From Felis catus (Eukaryota), in contig NC_058368.1 of assembly GCF_018350175.1 (NCBI RefSeq), forward strand, positions 78,494,001 to 78,558,000: a stretch of DNA of 64,000 bases, given 5' to 3'. Shown here one piece after another: positions 50,261-64,000 of the stretch. Numbering within the stretch: position 1 is the first letter of the stretch; each line of letters begins with the position of its first letter. The notes under the pieces were generated by a model. It was not told the origin of the DNA, searched no databases, and saw only the letters and a program-made list of their open reading frames with translations. The position numbers and the translations under genes are program-made.

Positions 50261-52529
50261 ATGAGGAGAAACGGTGGGGCCTGGAGGTCACGTTCAGTGT
50301 AATTTACGTGGAACCTGAGTTTGGTAAATCATCATCATCCCCCCCAAAAGGACATGTAAAAAATAAGTTGTAGCTTATTTTTAAGTTGTAATTCAGTTGT
50401 AGCTGAATTTTAAGAGGAAAAAACATGAAGGCAGAACCCGTATTTCATTCAAATGCTTGATGCCTTATATTCATTTCTTAAGTTTTTTTATGCTTCTCCT
50501 TTACCCACACGTGATTCCTATGATAGACGGCATCACTATTAAAGTAATGTAAGTAAAGTAAGTCAGTTGTGTCCCTCAAAATCGTGGAGGACGTTTTTGG
50601 TTACAAAAAATAACGTTTGAAGGTAGGTATAAAGGTGAGTTTGATGTGCAAATTCTCATAAGCTAAATTGAATTACACATAAAAATAGGCATTTGAATAT
50701 ATTCCTTTTCTACAACTGAAGTGTTGAATGCCTTCTTTTGTACCATTACTAGAATTAGTGTTTTAAAAATGAACTCGGTGGGTTACAGCCGCTAGCATGT
50801 GGCACTGTATGCCTTTAATGAACACATTTGAAATATTAAATAATTCCTTTAAGAATGATAAAGTCTTCTCTGGGTGTACTCATTTTCTTTTTAATTTAGA
50901 TTCGTGGTTATAAGCAGTTCAGTTATACGTGGTTCGAGAGTCCCTGGGTAGAAATCATTCCATGAGCTCTCAAATCTTCTTTTAAAAAGTCTATTAATAT
51001 GCCTTTTATCTTTATGATTTGGGACAGTGAGTCATTAACTTTACATTCATTTCAGTGATTTAAAACTAGATGCAAGAGCAAGACAAAAGAACTTTGGCAT
51101 AAGAAACAGAGGAATTTAGTAGAATGGAATACTGCGAAAGGCATTTTATATAGGTTTGAGCTTACTGCGTTCATTTTCTAGTGTGTAGAAAGGAGCAAGT
51201 CACCGTTTTCTGGAGTGGAATGAAGCATGCTATTTGCTGAAGCTACACACGCGTGAGAATTCACATAAGGATGATGAGTAGAATTTTCCTAATGTAGGTG
51301 ATAAAAGGGGCACTGGGGCAAGAAATTACAGTGCGGTGTAAGTGTGCGACACAGCGAGTGTGCAGGACAGCATAGGTGTGCCATACGGTGAGGATGCAGG
51401 ACAGTATAAGTGTGCGACACGGTGAGTGTGCGGTACGCTGAGTGTGCGATACAGCGTACATGTGAAATGAAGCGTGAATGCTCAGTGCACTGTAAATGGT
51501 CAGTGAGGAGGTGAACTTGAAGTGGACATTCCAGGTCTCACTTCTCCGGCACCACGAATACGGGGAAAAACCTTTCTAGACCTCTTCTGTGACACGGAGT
51601 CCACAAAGTGGCCGCCTTCTGGGGTCAAATGTGGGGTTCAGGGAGATAAACCTGCTTGGACCCGCTTAGCTTGGGACTTGTCACTGCACAGGAGCTCTTT
51701 GAAGGTCAGGTCGTGTTATCCTGCCTGGAGGAGACGTCGGTGTGCTAGGACTTCTGCTGAAGTGTTGTTCTGCGCACGTCTGGGTTCCTTGAACAAGTTG
51801 GGGTGCTTATTAAGAAGCTCTTCCTGAGCGGCAGGACCCTGGGAGGAAGTGCTGTGAGGGATCTGAGCCTGCTCGTTGGTGACAGAAACTTGGTGAAACC
51901 ATTGGAAGAAAATGATCACACCATCCCGTACTACGTTGAGATAGTCTGGTGCATTGTGGACCCAAGGGCAGGGGGGTTTGAGATGCTGGGAAGAAAGAGC
52001 CCCGGGGACAGAGACCGGAAGATCAGGTGGGGCGTAGATGGCGTGGGGGACACAAAGCAGCCTCGCGGCTCTGCAGTCACACTGTCATTACGGGGAAGCC
52101 AAAGAAGTCACGTAGAAACGGCACATCGCTCTCTAAGGCCTGCCCGTGAGGTGACATTTGGTGAGCACGTGCCGACGAGGTGGAGAAGGAGCAAATGTCC
52201 ACCCAAATCGACAAAGAGTAATGTGAACCCACATGAAGAATGTCAGGGCTAACTCTCATCACCAGTGCAGGTTTGAAAAAAAATGCTGGAGATCATAAAC
52301 AGGCTTATTTTCGCAGTGTGTAGGGCAAGAAGGCCAAGGCCATGGTCGCCTCTGCTAGGGACTGATGATGTAAAAAGTAAAGGTCACGTAAAGATGGGTC
52401 TCCTCATTGTAATTTTGGTCCCCATCTTCTTCATCAAAGACAATGAGCTTACACGAGGAAAACAAACCAGAATCTTGGGTGAAAGCCCAGGATAGGTGAG
52501 GAAATTAAAACAAAAATTTATGTATGTAT

Positions 52530-52740
52530 TTCTTTTATTGAAGATTTGTTTTTAATTTTGAGAGAGAGAGACAGCATGAGCAGGGGAGGTGCAGAGAGAG
52601 AGGGAGATAAAGAATCCGAAGCCGGCTCCAGGTTCTGAGCTGTCAGCACAGAGCCCGATGCAGTGCTCGAACCCACGAACTGTGAGATCATGACCTGAGC
52701 TGAAGTTGGACGCTTAACTGACTGGCCACCCAGGGGCCCC
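52530..52740 (-). mobile_element. Can-SINE
   Basis: TSD tatgtatttctttt. Confidence 0.9.
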
Positions 52741-53199
52741 TATGTATTTCTTTTAAATAAACTCAGGTGAGGCTCAGGTGAGTCACATGCCAGGTTACTG
52801 AAAGGACATCAGGTGTGATTGGGGGTGCTCTTGGCAATCCTGGAACATGATGGAGAATGACAGAGACCCCAGAGAACTGGGCAGGTCCGATGTCCCAAGC
52901 TTCATAAAGTATCCTAGAGACTATAAATTGGTATAGAGGTTCCAATCCCAAATAGTACATTATATGTATTAGGTACACACCCTCATCACAGATAATTTTT
53001 AAGCCATTAGAGAAACACAAGGAACCAGAATAGTTCACAAAAGTAAGTCATTACAAACTAATGTGACTGCTTAGTTGAAAAGCAAATTACAATTAATCCG
53101 CATTTAGCCCATGTATAAAATTAGGTGAATTAATTTCTAAGGTTCGTATAATTTATGGTAGAGTTTAGTTTGATTTTTTTTTCTTTGTTATCAGCTTTT

Positions 53200-54036
53200 T
53201 TTTTTTCTCATTGTGGCAAAACGCACCTAACAGAAAGTTTACCATCACAATCATTTTTAAGCATACAGGTCTCTAGTTTTTCCCTTTGCACAACTGGAAT
53301 CTTATACTCCTTGAATGACAGTTTCCAGTTTCCCTCCCCTGCCGGCAACCCCTGCAACCACACCCCACTTTCCATCTCAGAGTTTGGCTGCTTTAGATTC
53401 CTCATATAAACGGAAGCATGCTGTATTTATTCATCTTTTTGTTTTGCCTTTTTCACTTAGCGTAGTGTCCGTTTTGTAGCGTATGACGGGACTTGCTTTT
53501 TTCCCCCAACGCTGAATAATATTCCATTGTGTGTATGCACTGTCTTTTCCTTATCTAGTCATCCATCAACGGACAGTTCGCTTTCTTTCTCCTTTTAGCA
53601 ACTGTGAATAATGCTGCGATGAATATGGGTGTACAAATATCCCTTTGACATCCCGTTTTTGGTTCCTTTTTGACATATATCTCAAAGTGGGATTACTAAA
53701 TTGTCTGATAATCCTATTTTAAATTTTTTCCAGCTTTATGGAGATGTAATTGACATAACTGTAAATGTAAGGTGCCCAAGGAAGGGACTCTATACAAGTA
53801 TATATTGCAAAATGATTACCGCAGTATAGTTAACACATCCGTCACCTTACATAGTTACAGTTTCGCATGTGCCTGTGTGGTGAGCACTTTAAATATCCAC
53901 CTCTTGCTTATATATTACAGTTTATACTTATTAATTACATATAACATAACATGGTTAACCATAGTCGCCATGCTGTATGTTACATCACAGAACTTATTCA
54001 CTTTACCATTTTTAAAAATGTTTTAATGTTTAATGT

Positions 54037-54078
<42 letters not shown>

Positions 54079-54507
54079 CCAGGGAGGGGCAGAGTGGAAG
54101 GGAGACACAGAATCTGAAGCAGGCTCCAAGCTGTCAGCGCAGAGCCTGACATGGGGCTCGAACCCATGAACCAATGAGATCATGACCTGAGCCGATGTCA
54201 GCTGTTTAACAGATTGAGCCACCCAGGCATCCCAGAACTTATTCATTTTATAACTGGAAGTTGACCTTTGCCCACCACTAGTCATCTCCCTACTTCCCAG
54301 CTCCCACTGCCCACCCCGACCACCCCCATTTGTTTTCTGTTTCTACAAGATTGTTTTAAAATTTTGTTTTAACATATAAGTGAGACCATACAGTATTTGT
54401 CTTCCTCTGTCTGACTTGTTTCACTTAGCCTAAAGACCTCAAGATTCATCCATTTGTCATATACATGCCATATATACATATACATGACATATACGTGTCA
54501 TATACAT

Positions 54508-54580
<73 letters not shown>

Positions 54581-56534
54581 GGAATATTATTATAATGGAA
54601 TATGATTTTTTTTGAGAATCTCCATACTATCATCCCTAATGGCTGCACCATTTTACATTCCTACCAACAGTTCATAAGGGTTCCAATTTCTCCACATCCT
54701 TGCCAAAGCCTGTTAGTTTTAGTTTTCTTGATAGTGGCCATCATAACTCAGGTGAAGTGATATCTCGTTGTGGTTTTGATTTGTGTTAGTGATGTTGAGC
54801 ATCCTTCCATATGCTTGTTGGTCGTATATCATCTTTGGAAATGATCATTGCTCATTTTAAATAATATTGTTTTTCTTGTTGAGTTGTAGGAGATTTTTAA
54901 ATATTTTGGATGTTAACCCCTTACCATATATAGGTTTTGCAAATATTTTCTCTTATTCTCTAGATTGCCTTTTCACCCTGATGATTGCTTCCTTTGCTGT
55001 ACAGGCATTTTAAAGTTTGCTTTAGTCTCATTTGTTTATTTTTGCTTTCTGGTGTCTGTGTTTTTGGTGGAATAGGCAAGATACCACTGCTCAATTCAGT
55101 GCCATGAAGCTGATCTCCTATATTTTCTTCTGGGAGCTTTATAGTTTCAAGGCTTATGCTTAGGTCTTCAGTCTATTTTGAGTTGGTTTTTGTATGTGGT
55201 ATAAAGTAAGGATCCAACTTCATTCTTTTGTATGTGGGCATTCAGTTTTCCCAGCATCTTTGCTCAAGAGACTAAGCATGAAACTTCCAGTTTGTCCTTT
55301 GTTAGGATTGTTTTCACTATATGGGGTCCTTTGGCATTACGTAAATTTTAGGATAGACTTTTTTATTTGTGCAAAAAATGCCATTGAGATTTCAATAGAG
55401 ATTGAATTACATCTATAGATCACTTTGGGAAGTATGGGCATTTTATAATACTAAGTCTTCCAATCCATCAACGTGGGTTGTCTTTCTATTTATTTGTGTC
55501 TTTTTATTTTATTTCATTTTATTTTATTTCATTTTATTTTATTTTATTTTATTTTATTTTATTTTATTTTATTTTTAATTTTTTTAAATTTTTATTTAAT
55601 TTTGAGAGAGAGAGAGAGAAAGAGAAAGAGAGCGAGCATGAGTGGGGGAGGAACAGAGTGAGAGGGAAACACAGAATCCAAAGCAGGCTCCAGGCTCTGA
55701 GCTGGCAGCACAAAGCCTGACACGGGGCTTGAACCCACAAACTGTGAGATCCTGACCTGAGCCAAAGTCAGATGCCCAATCGACTGAGCCGCCCAGGCGC
55801 CCCTATTTATGTCTTTTTAAAAATTTTCAACAATATTTTGTAGTTTCTGGGGTACAAATCTTTCATTCCCTTGGTAGAGTTTATTCCTGAGTATTTTATT
55901 CTTTTTGATGCTATTGTAAATGGGATCGTTTTCTTAATTTTCTTTTAAAACTGTTCACTCAAAAAATTTGTCATTCCTGGTATACAGAAACACAACTGAT
56001 TTTTGTGTGTTGATTTTGCATCCTGAAAATTCACTGTATTTGCTTATTCTAATAGTTATTTAGGTGGAGTTTTTAGGATTTTCTACATATAAGGGCATGT
56101 TGTCTGTGAACAGAGATAATTTTACTTCTTCCTTTCCAGTTTGGATGTTTTTTTATTTCTTTTTCTTGCCTAATTGCTTTGGCTAGGACTTCCAGTATGT
56201 TGTTGAATAAGAGTGGTAAGAATGGGTATCCTTTCCTTCTTCTGGTCTTACAGGAAAAGCTTTCAGTTTTTCACCATTGAGTATGATGTTAGCCATATAT
56301 GGCTATTTTAGCTATTTTAGCTATAGCTATATGGCTATATTAGCCATTTTCATATATGGCTTTTAAAAAATATTATGATAATTTCCTCCTATTTCTACCT
56401 TGTTGAACATTTTTATTATGGAAGGATATTGTGTTGAGTTTTGTCAGATGCTTTTTCTGTGTCATTTGAGATGGTCATGTAAATTTTGCCCTTTGTTCTA
56501 TTAAATTTGTTTTTTTTAATGTTTATTTATTTTT

Positions 56535-56574
<40 letters not shown>

Positions 56575-59345
56575 ATGAGGAGGGGAGGGGAAGAGAGAGA
56601 GACAGAGACACAGAATCTGAAGCAGGCTCCAGGCTCTAAGGTGTTAGCCAGATCCCAATGTGGGGCTCAAACTCATGGACCGTGAGATTATGACCTGAGC
56701 TGAAGTTGGATGCTTAATGGACTGAGCTACCCAGGTGTCACTGCCCTTTGTTCTATTAATGGGATGTATTGTATTAATAGATTTTCAAATACTGAAATAT
56801 TCCTGCTTCTCAGGAGTAAATCCCACTCAGTCATGGTATATATTGATTTTAATGTGCTTTGAATTTAGTTTGTTACTATTTTGTTGAGGATTTTTCATTA
56901 ATATTTACCATGGATATTGGTCTGTAGTGTTCTTTTCATGTAGTATCTTTGTCTTGGTATCAGGTTAATCCTAGCATCATAAAATGAGATTGGAAGTGTT
57001 TCTTCTTCAACTTTTTGGAAGAATTTGAGAAGGATTAGCATTAATTCTTCTTTAAATGTTTGGTAGAATTCTCCAGTGATGCCATCTGGTTCTGGGCTTT
57101 TCTTTGTTGGGAGGTTATGATTACTGATTAGATCTCCTTACTGGGTATAGTTCAGCTCAGATTCTTTGATGTATTTTTGGTATATTTTGGTGTATTTGGT
57201 ATATTTTAGGAATGTATCCATTTCTACTAGGTTATCCAATGTTGGCATACAGTTGTTCATACTAGTCTCTTATAAATCTTTTTATTTCTTTGGCCTCAGT
57301 TGTCATATATCTTCTTCATTTCTGACTTATTTGAATCATTTTTCTCTTAGTCTAGCTAAGGATTTCTCAGTTTTGTCTATCTTTTCAAAGCTCCCCTCTT
57401 AGTTTCATTCACTGTATTTTTTTCTATTCTCCATTTTATCTATTTCTGTTCTAATCTTTACTATTTCCTTCTTTCTAATTTTGGGCTCACTTTCTTTTCC
57501 AGTTCCTTCATGTGTAAAGTTAGGTTATTAATTTCAGGTCTTTCTTCTTTTTGAATGTCAGTGTTTACTGCTCTAAACTTCCTTCTTGCTACTGATTTAC
57601 TGTGTCTCATAGGTTTGCTATGTTGTGTTCTCATTTTTACTTGTCTCAAGATATTTTCTAGTTTCCTTTGTGATGTTTTCTTAGACTCATTGTTTTTTAG
57701 GAGTGTGTTTTTTCCACATACCTACGAATGTTCCACTTTATTCTCCTGTTCCTGATATTTAGTTTCTTTCTGTTGTGGTAAAAAAAAAGATACCTGGTAT
57801 GATCGCCTACCAATATTCTTAATTGTTTTTCAATATTCTTAAATTTTTACATCTTGTTTTGTGGCTAATATGTCCTAATACATCATCTACCCTGGATAAT
57901 GTCTGCATACACTTGGAGAACGGTGTGTATGTTGTCGTTGTTGGGTAGAGTGTTCCGTGTATGTCTGCTAGGATGAATTGGTCAGTCGTGTTCAAGTCCT
58001 CTCTTCATTTATTGATCTTCTGTCTGGCTGTTCTCGTCATTATTGAAAATGGGCTATGTTAGTCAGGGTTAAGGAAAGAAAAGGAAATTTTTTGTCAGGA
58101 ATTGGATCATGTGATTTTAGAAGCTGAGAAGTCCCATGGTATGCTTTCTGCGAACCAGAGGCCTAGGAAAGAAAGCTTGTGATGTAATTCATTCTGAGTC
58201 CTGTAGCCTGAGAAGCAGGAGAACTATGGTATCAATCCTACTCCAAGGGCGGAAGGTGAAATGAAATGTTCCAGCTCAGTGAGGCATGGATAAAGGGACA
58301 GATTCCTCCTCCTTCTGCCTTTTGTTTTCTTCAGGACCTCAATGGATTGGATTATGCCCAACCACACTGAGTAGGGCAATCTACTTTCTGAGTTCACCAG
58401 TTAAAATTCTCATCTTATCTGGAAACACTTTGATAGACACAACCGGAAACCATGTTTAATCTGGGAACCCCATGGCCCATCCAAATGAACATAGAATGAA
58501 CCATCACATGAACTTTTGAAATCTCCTGCCACTGTTGTATTACGATCTATTTCTGCTTTAAATTATGGCAATTTTTTCAAGTACTTGGGCTCTGACATGA
58601 GGTGTATACATATTTATCATTGTTATGTATTTCTGGTGAATTGACCCTTTTGTCGTCATATAATGTCTTCTCTGTCTTTTTTGACAGTGTTTGACTTCAC
58701 ATGGATTTTATCTGCTATAAATATATCTATTTCTGCTCTCTTTTGGTGACTCTTTAGATGGAATATGTTTTCCTATGTTTTCACCTTCAGCCTGTGTGTG
58801 CCATTACATCTAAAGTGAGTCTCTTTTTGGGGTGCCTGGGTGGCTCAGTGGGTTGAGTGTCCGACTTTGACTCAGGTCATGATTTCGCGGTTTGTGAGTT
58901 CGGTCCCGGGTTTGGCTCTGTGCTGACAGCTTGGAGCCTGGAACCTGCTTCAGATTCTGTGTCTCCCTCTCTCTCTGTTCCTCCCCTGCTCATGCTCTGT
59001 CTGTCTCTCTCAAAGATAAAGATTTAAAAAATTAAAAAAAAAAAAGGGGGAGTCTCTTTTTTTACTTCCATTCAACAACTTTATGTTTTTTGTTTGGGAA
59101 GTTTAAACCATTTACATATAAAGTAATTATTGACAGGGAAGGACTTACTAATGACATTTTGTTCATTGTTTCCCGTTTATCTTATAGTTGTTTTGTTCTT
59201 CTTTCCCCCTTCTTGCTGCCTTCCTTTATGTTTTGTCAATCTTTTGTAGTGACATACTTAGCTTCCTTATTTTCTTTTGTAGATCTTCTGTTGTTGTTTT
59301 TCTTTGTGGTTTCCATGGGGATTACATAAAATGTCTTATAGTTAT
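53200..59345 (-). mobile_element. Old L1 (3'UTR and ORF2) with nested SINEs (54010-54232, 55500-55803, 56508-56740, 58828-59046), a second L1 3' end and (TG)n(TA)n
   Basis: Continuous T-rich antisense L1 ORF2 sequence; ORF 57461-57649 resembles ORF2 (INNLTLHMKELEK). Confidence 0.85.
58057..58508 (-). mobile_element. MLT2-type LTR nested in L1
   Basis: gttagtcagggtt...aggaattggatcatgtgattttagaagctgagaagtccca...aaccatcaca. Confidence 0.75.
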
Positions 59346-59349
59346 ATAA

Positions 59350-62300
59350 GAAAGAACCAATCAGAGATGAAGAACATAATAAATGAAATTAAAAATATAC
59401 TTGATGGAATAAATAGGAGGCTGTAAGAAGCAGAGGAACAAATTAATGAACTAGAAATCAGAATAATGGAAAGTAATCAAGCTGAACAAATGAGAGGAAA
59501 AAGAATTATGCAAAATGAGAATAGACTTAGGGAACTCCGTGACTTCATCGAGTATAATCACATTTGCATTATAGGGATCCCAGAAGGAGGAGAGAGAGCA
59601 AATGGGGCAGACAATTTAGTTGAATAAATAGTAGCTGAAAACTTCCTTAACCCAGGGAATGAAATAGATATCCAGATCCAGAAGGCACAGAGATCTCCTA
59701 AAAATCAACCTAAGGAGGGGGTGCCTGGGTGACTCAGTCGGTTAAATGCCTGACTGTTCATTTCAGCTCAGATCATGATCTCACGGTCATGAGATTGAGC
59801 CCCTTGTCGGGCTCCACGTTGGGCATGGAGCCTGCTTAAGATTCTCTTTCCCTCTCCCTCTGCCCCTCCACTACTTGCATGTGCACTCTCTCGAAAAAAT
59901 GAAACAGAACAAAAATCAACCCAAGGGGGTTCCCATAAAGACACATAGTAATCAAAATGGTAAACAAAGTAGTGATAAATAAAAAAAAAAAATTAAAAGC
60001 AGCAAGAGAAAAGAAGGCAGTTACATACCAGGGAAATCCCCATAAGGCTATCAGTGGATTTTTCAGCAGAAACTGTGCAGGACAGAAGGCAGTGGCATGA
60101 TATATTCAAGGTGTAAAGGGAAACATCTCCAGCCAAGAATACCCTATTTAGCTGTCATTCAGAATAGAAGGGGAGATAAGGGGCACCTGACTGGTTTAGT
60201 TGGTAAAGAATATGACTCTTGATTTTGGGGTTGTGAGTTTGAGCCCCAAATTGAGTGTAACAATAACTTAAAAATAAAGTCTTAAACAAAGAAGAGATAA
60301 GTTTCCCAGACAAACAAAAACTAAAGGAGTTCATGACCACTAAACCAGCCCTATAAGAAATATTAAAGGGGACTCTGAGTGGAAAGAAAAGACTATCAGT
60401 GAGAGTATGAAAGGTAGAAGACACAAAACCAGTTTAAATAAGTATTTCTATAAAAAATAGTCAAGGGATTCACAAGATAAAAGGATATAAAGTATGACAC
60501 CATATATCTAAAATGTTGGGGAGGGAGGAGTAAAGAATGTGTTTGAACTTAAGTGACTATCAACTTAATATAGACAGCTATAGAAGATGTCATACACAAT
60601 CCTAATGGTATAAAAAAGCCACTAATCAAAAATCTAAAGCCACTAACATACAAAGAATAAAGAAAGGAATTCAAGTATATCACTAAAGAAAACCAGCAAA
60701 CCATGAGAGACAATAAGAGAAGAAAGGATCAGAGAAAAACTACAAAAACAACCACAAAGCAAGTAAGAAAATGGCAATACCTATCTATCAGTAGTTACTT
60801 TGAGGGTAAATGCACTAAGTGCTCCAATCAAAAGACATGGGGTGACAGAGTGGATAAAAAAAATAAGACCTATCCGTATGTTGCCTACAAGAGACTAATT
60901 TGAGACCTAAACACATCTCTAGATTGAAAGTGATGGAGGGGCGCCTGGGTGGCACAGTCAGTTAAGCGTCCGACTTCAGCCAGGTCACGATCTCGCGGTC
61001 CATGAGTTCGAGCCCCGCGTCAGGCTCTGGGCTGATGGCTCAGAGCCTGGACCCTGTTTCCGATTCTGTGTCTCCCTCTCTCTCTGCCCCTCCCCCGTTC
61101 ATGCTCTGTCTCTCTCTGTCCCAAAAATAAATAAATGTTGAAAAAAAAATAAAAAAAAATAAAAAAAAGAAAGTGATGGAATGAAGAAACATTATCATGC
61201 AAAGGGATATATCAAAAGAAGTAGCAATACTTATATCAGATAAAATAGACTTTAAAACAAAGGCTATACAAGAGACAGAGAGGGACGCCATATAATAATA
61301 AATGGGACAATCCAACAAGAAATAACAATTGCAAATATTTTTTGTATCCAACATGGGGACACCCAAATACATAAAACAATAACAGACATAAAGGAACTGA
61401 ATTGATAGTAATACAACAATGGTAGGAGACTTTAACAAATCAAGTACATCAATGGAAAGATCATCCAAACAGAAAATCAACAAGGAAACAGTGGCTTTGA
61501 ATGACACCCTGGGCCAGATGGATTTAGCAGATATATTCAGGACATTCCATCCTAAAACAGCAGAGTACACATTTTTTTCAAGTGCACATGGAACTTTCTC
61601 CAGGATAAATCACGTATTAGGCCACAAAACAAGCCTCAAGAAATTAAAAAAGATTGAAGTCATATGTATCTTTTCTGACCACAATGCTGGGAGACTAAGA
61701 ATCAACAACAACAACAACAAAATCTGGAGGGAAAACAAATACTTGGGCATTAAATAGCATGCTACTAAAGAATGAATGGGTCAACCAAGAAATCAAACAA
61801 ATATGGAAGCAAACAAATATGAAACAAATATGAAAACACAACTGTCCAAAACTGTTGTGATGCAGCAAAAGCAGTTCTGAGAGGAAAGTTTATAGCAACA
61901 CAAGTCTCCCTCAAGAAGAAAGAAAAACCTCAAATAAACAACTCAGTGTTCCCCCTAAGGGAGCTAGAAAAGCAAACAGAAGCCAACACTAGCAGAAGGA
62001 AGCAAACGATAAATATTACAGCAGAAATAAATGACATAGAAGATAAAAAAACAATAGAACAGATCGGTGAAACCAGGGCCTGTTTCTTTGAAAAGATCAA
62101 CAAAATTGATAAATCTCTCTAGGCAGACTCATAAAAAGCAGGAAAGACTTAAAAAATCACAAATGAAAGAGGAAAAATAACAAAAGAGCACCATGAAATA
62201 CAATTTTAAGAGAATATTTTGAAAAACTGTATGCCAACAAATTAGACAGCCCAGAAGAAATGGATAAATTCCTGCAAATGTATAACCTACCAAAACTGAA

Positions 62301-64000
62301 GCAGGAAGAAATAGAACATTTGAACAGATTGATTACCAGCAGAGGAGATTGAATCAGTAATCAAGAAACTTCCAACAAACAAAAGTCCAGGACCCAAAGG
62401 CTTCACAGGTGAATTCTACCAAACATTTTAAGAAGAGTTAATACCTATTCTTCTCAAACTATTCCAATAAATATAAGAGGAAGGAAAACTTCCAAATTTA
62501 TTTTATGAGGCCAGTATCATCCTGATACCAAACTAGATAAAGACACCACACCCACCCCCCCCCCCACACACACCCACAAAGAAAACTACAGAACAACATC
62601 CCTAATGAACATAGATAAAAAAATCCTCAACAGAATACCAGCAAGTCAAATCCAACAATACATTAAAAAAACAAACAAACAAACAAACCAAACAAACGAA
62701 AACCCCCCACCATAATCAAGTGGAATTTATTCCTGGGATGCAGGAGTCATTCAATATTTGCAAATCAGTCAATGTGATGCATGACATCAACAACAGAAAG
62801 GATAAAAAGCGTATGATCATTGAAATAGATGCAGAAAAACCACTTGACAAAGTACATTAATTCATAATAAAAGCCTCAACAAAGTAGGTTCAGAGGGAAC
62901 ATACCTCAAGATAATAAAGGCTGTTTGTGAAAAACCCATGCCAACATCATAGTCAGTGGGGGAAAAACTGAAAGATTTCTCTCTAAGATCAGGAACAAGA
63001 CCAGGATGTCCACTCTCATCACTCTTGTTTAACATAGAACTGGAAGTCCTACCCACAGCAGTCAGACAAACAGAAATAAAAGGCATTCAAATTGGTAAGG
63101 AAGAAGTAATATTTTCACATGACATGGATACTATATATAGAAAACCTGGAAGAGTCTACCAAAAAAGTACTAAAACTGATAAATAAATTCAGTAAAGTTG
63201 CAGAACACAAAGTCAATGTACAGGTATCTGTTGCATTTCTACACTCTAACAAGGAAGCTGCAGAAAGAGAAATTAAGAAAATGATCTCATTTACAATTGC
63301 ACCAAAAATAATACGCTACCTAAGAATAAACCTAGCCAAAGAGGATAAAGACCTATACTAGGAAAACTATTAAACATTGATCAAAGAAATTGAAGAAGGC
63401 ACAAAGAAAATGGAAAGACAGTCCATTCTCATGGATTGGAAGAAAAATTTGTTCACGTCTATACTATCAAAGCGATCTAAAAAGTTAATGCCATCCCTAT
63501 CAAAATATTGACAGCATTTTCTACAGAACTATAACAAACAATCCTAAAATTTATATGGAACCACAAAAAAACCCTGCGTAAGCAAAGCAATCTTGAGAAA
63601 GAAAAGCAAAGCTGGAGGTATCACAATTCTAGACATCAAGTTATATTACAAAACTGTAGTTGAAACAGTAGATAGTGGCACAAAAATAGACACACAGATC
63701 AATGGAACATAACAGAAAACCTAGAAACAAACCCATAATTAAATGGTGAATTAATGTTTGACAAAGCAGGAAAGACTAATGGGAAAAAGACTGTCTCTTC
63801 AACAAATGGTATTGGAAAAACTGGTCAGCTACATGCAAAACAATGAAATTGGACCACTTTCTTAAACCATACACAAAAATAAACTCAAAATGGATGAAAG
63901 ACCTAAATGTGAGACCTGAAACCATAAAAATCCTAGAAGAGAGCACAGGCAGTAATTTCTGTGACACTAGCCATAGCAACATCTGTCTAGATATGTCTTC
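59350..64000 (+). mobile_element. Carnivore-type L1, 5'-truncated within ORF1, disrupted ORF2, runs off window; nested SINEs at 59717-59910, 60180-60290, 60938-61168
   Basis: ORF2 motifs in ORF track: VGDFN...FFSSAHGTFSRINH (endonuclease) and [20 protein letters not shown] (reverse transcriptase), broken by stops and frameshifts. Confidence 0.92.

Noticed and set aside
59300..59400. Opposite-orientation L1 junction as a twin-priming inversion
   Set aside because: The minus-strand L1 is more degraded and hosts an MLT2 insertion, while the plus-strand L1 looks younger; two independent insertions are more likely.
835..61202. Many 60-100 aa ORFs of the MAQSVKRLTSAQVMIS / MGQRETEHERGRG type
   Set aside because: Translations of Can-SINE copies.

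Overview
Felid (cat-like) genomic DNA, judged from roughly 40 carnivore tRNA-derived Can-SINE/SINEC copies (several of a young SINEC_Fc-like type) plus L1, L2, MIR, MLT and LTR relics. I found no intact protein-coding exon that I recognise; nearly all ORFs in the supplied track come from SINEs, L1, simple repeats or the GC-rich CpG island. The main result is invisible in that track: the minus strand from about 43.0 kb down to 23.5 kb carries about 18 decayed, splice-site-bounded exon relics. Their translations fall in colinear order along a CACHD1-like protein (VWA plus Cache domains, related to the alpha2delta calcium-channel subunits), ending in a cysteine-rich region, a stop codon and AATAAA. 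Most exons carry stops or frameshifts and some are interrupted by SINEs, so this looks like an unprocessed, probably unitary, pseudogene of a divergent CACHD1 paralogue. It lies head-to-head with a CpG-island promoter (~43.75-45.5 kb), whose probable + strand non-coding first exon contains a 30-bp tandem repeat and ends at CAG|GTAGGA (44455); I could not identify that gene. The last 11 kb are nested L1 sequence. The homology calls are by-eye comparisons with my recollection of human CACHD1 and need tblastn/HMM confirmation.
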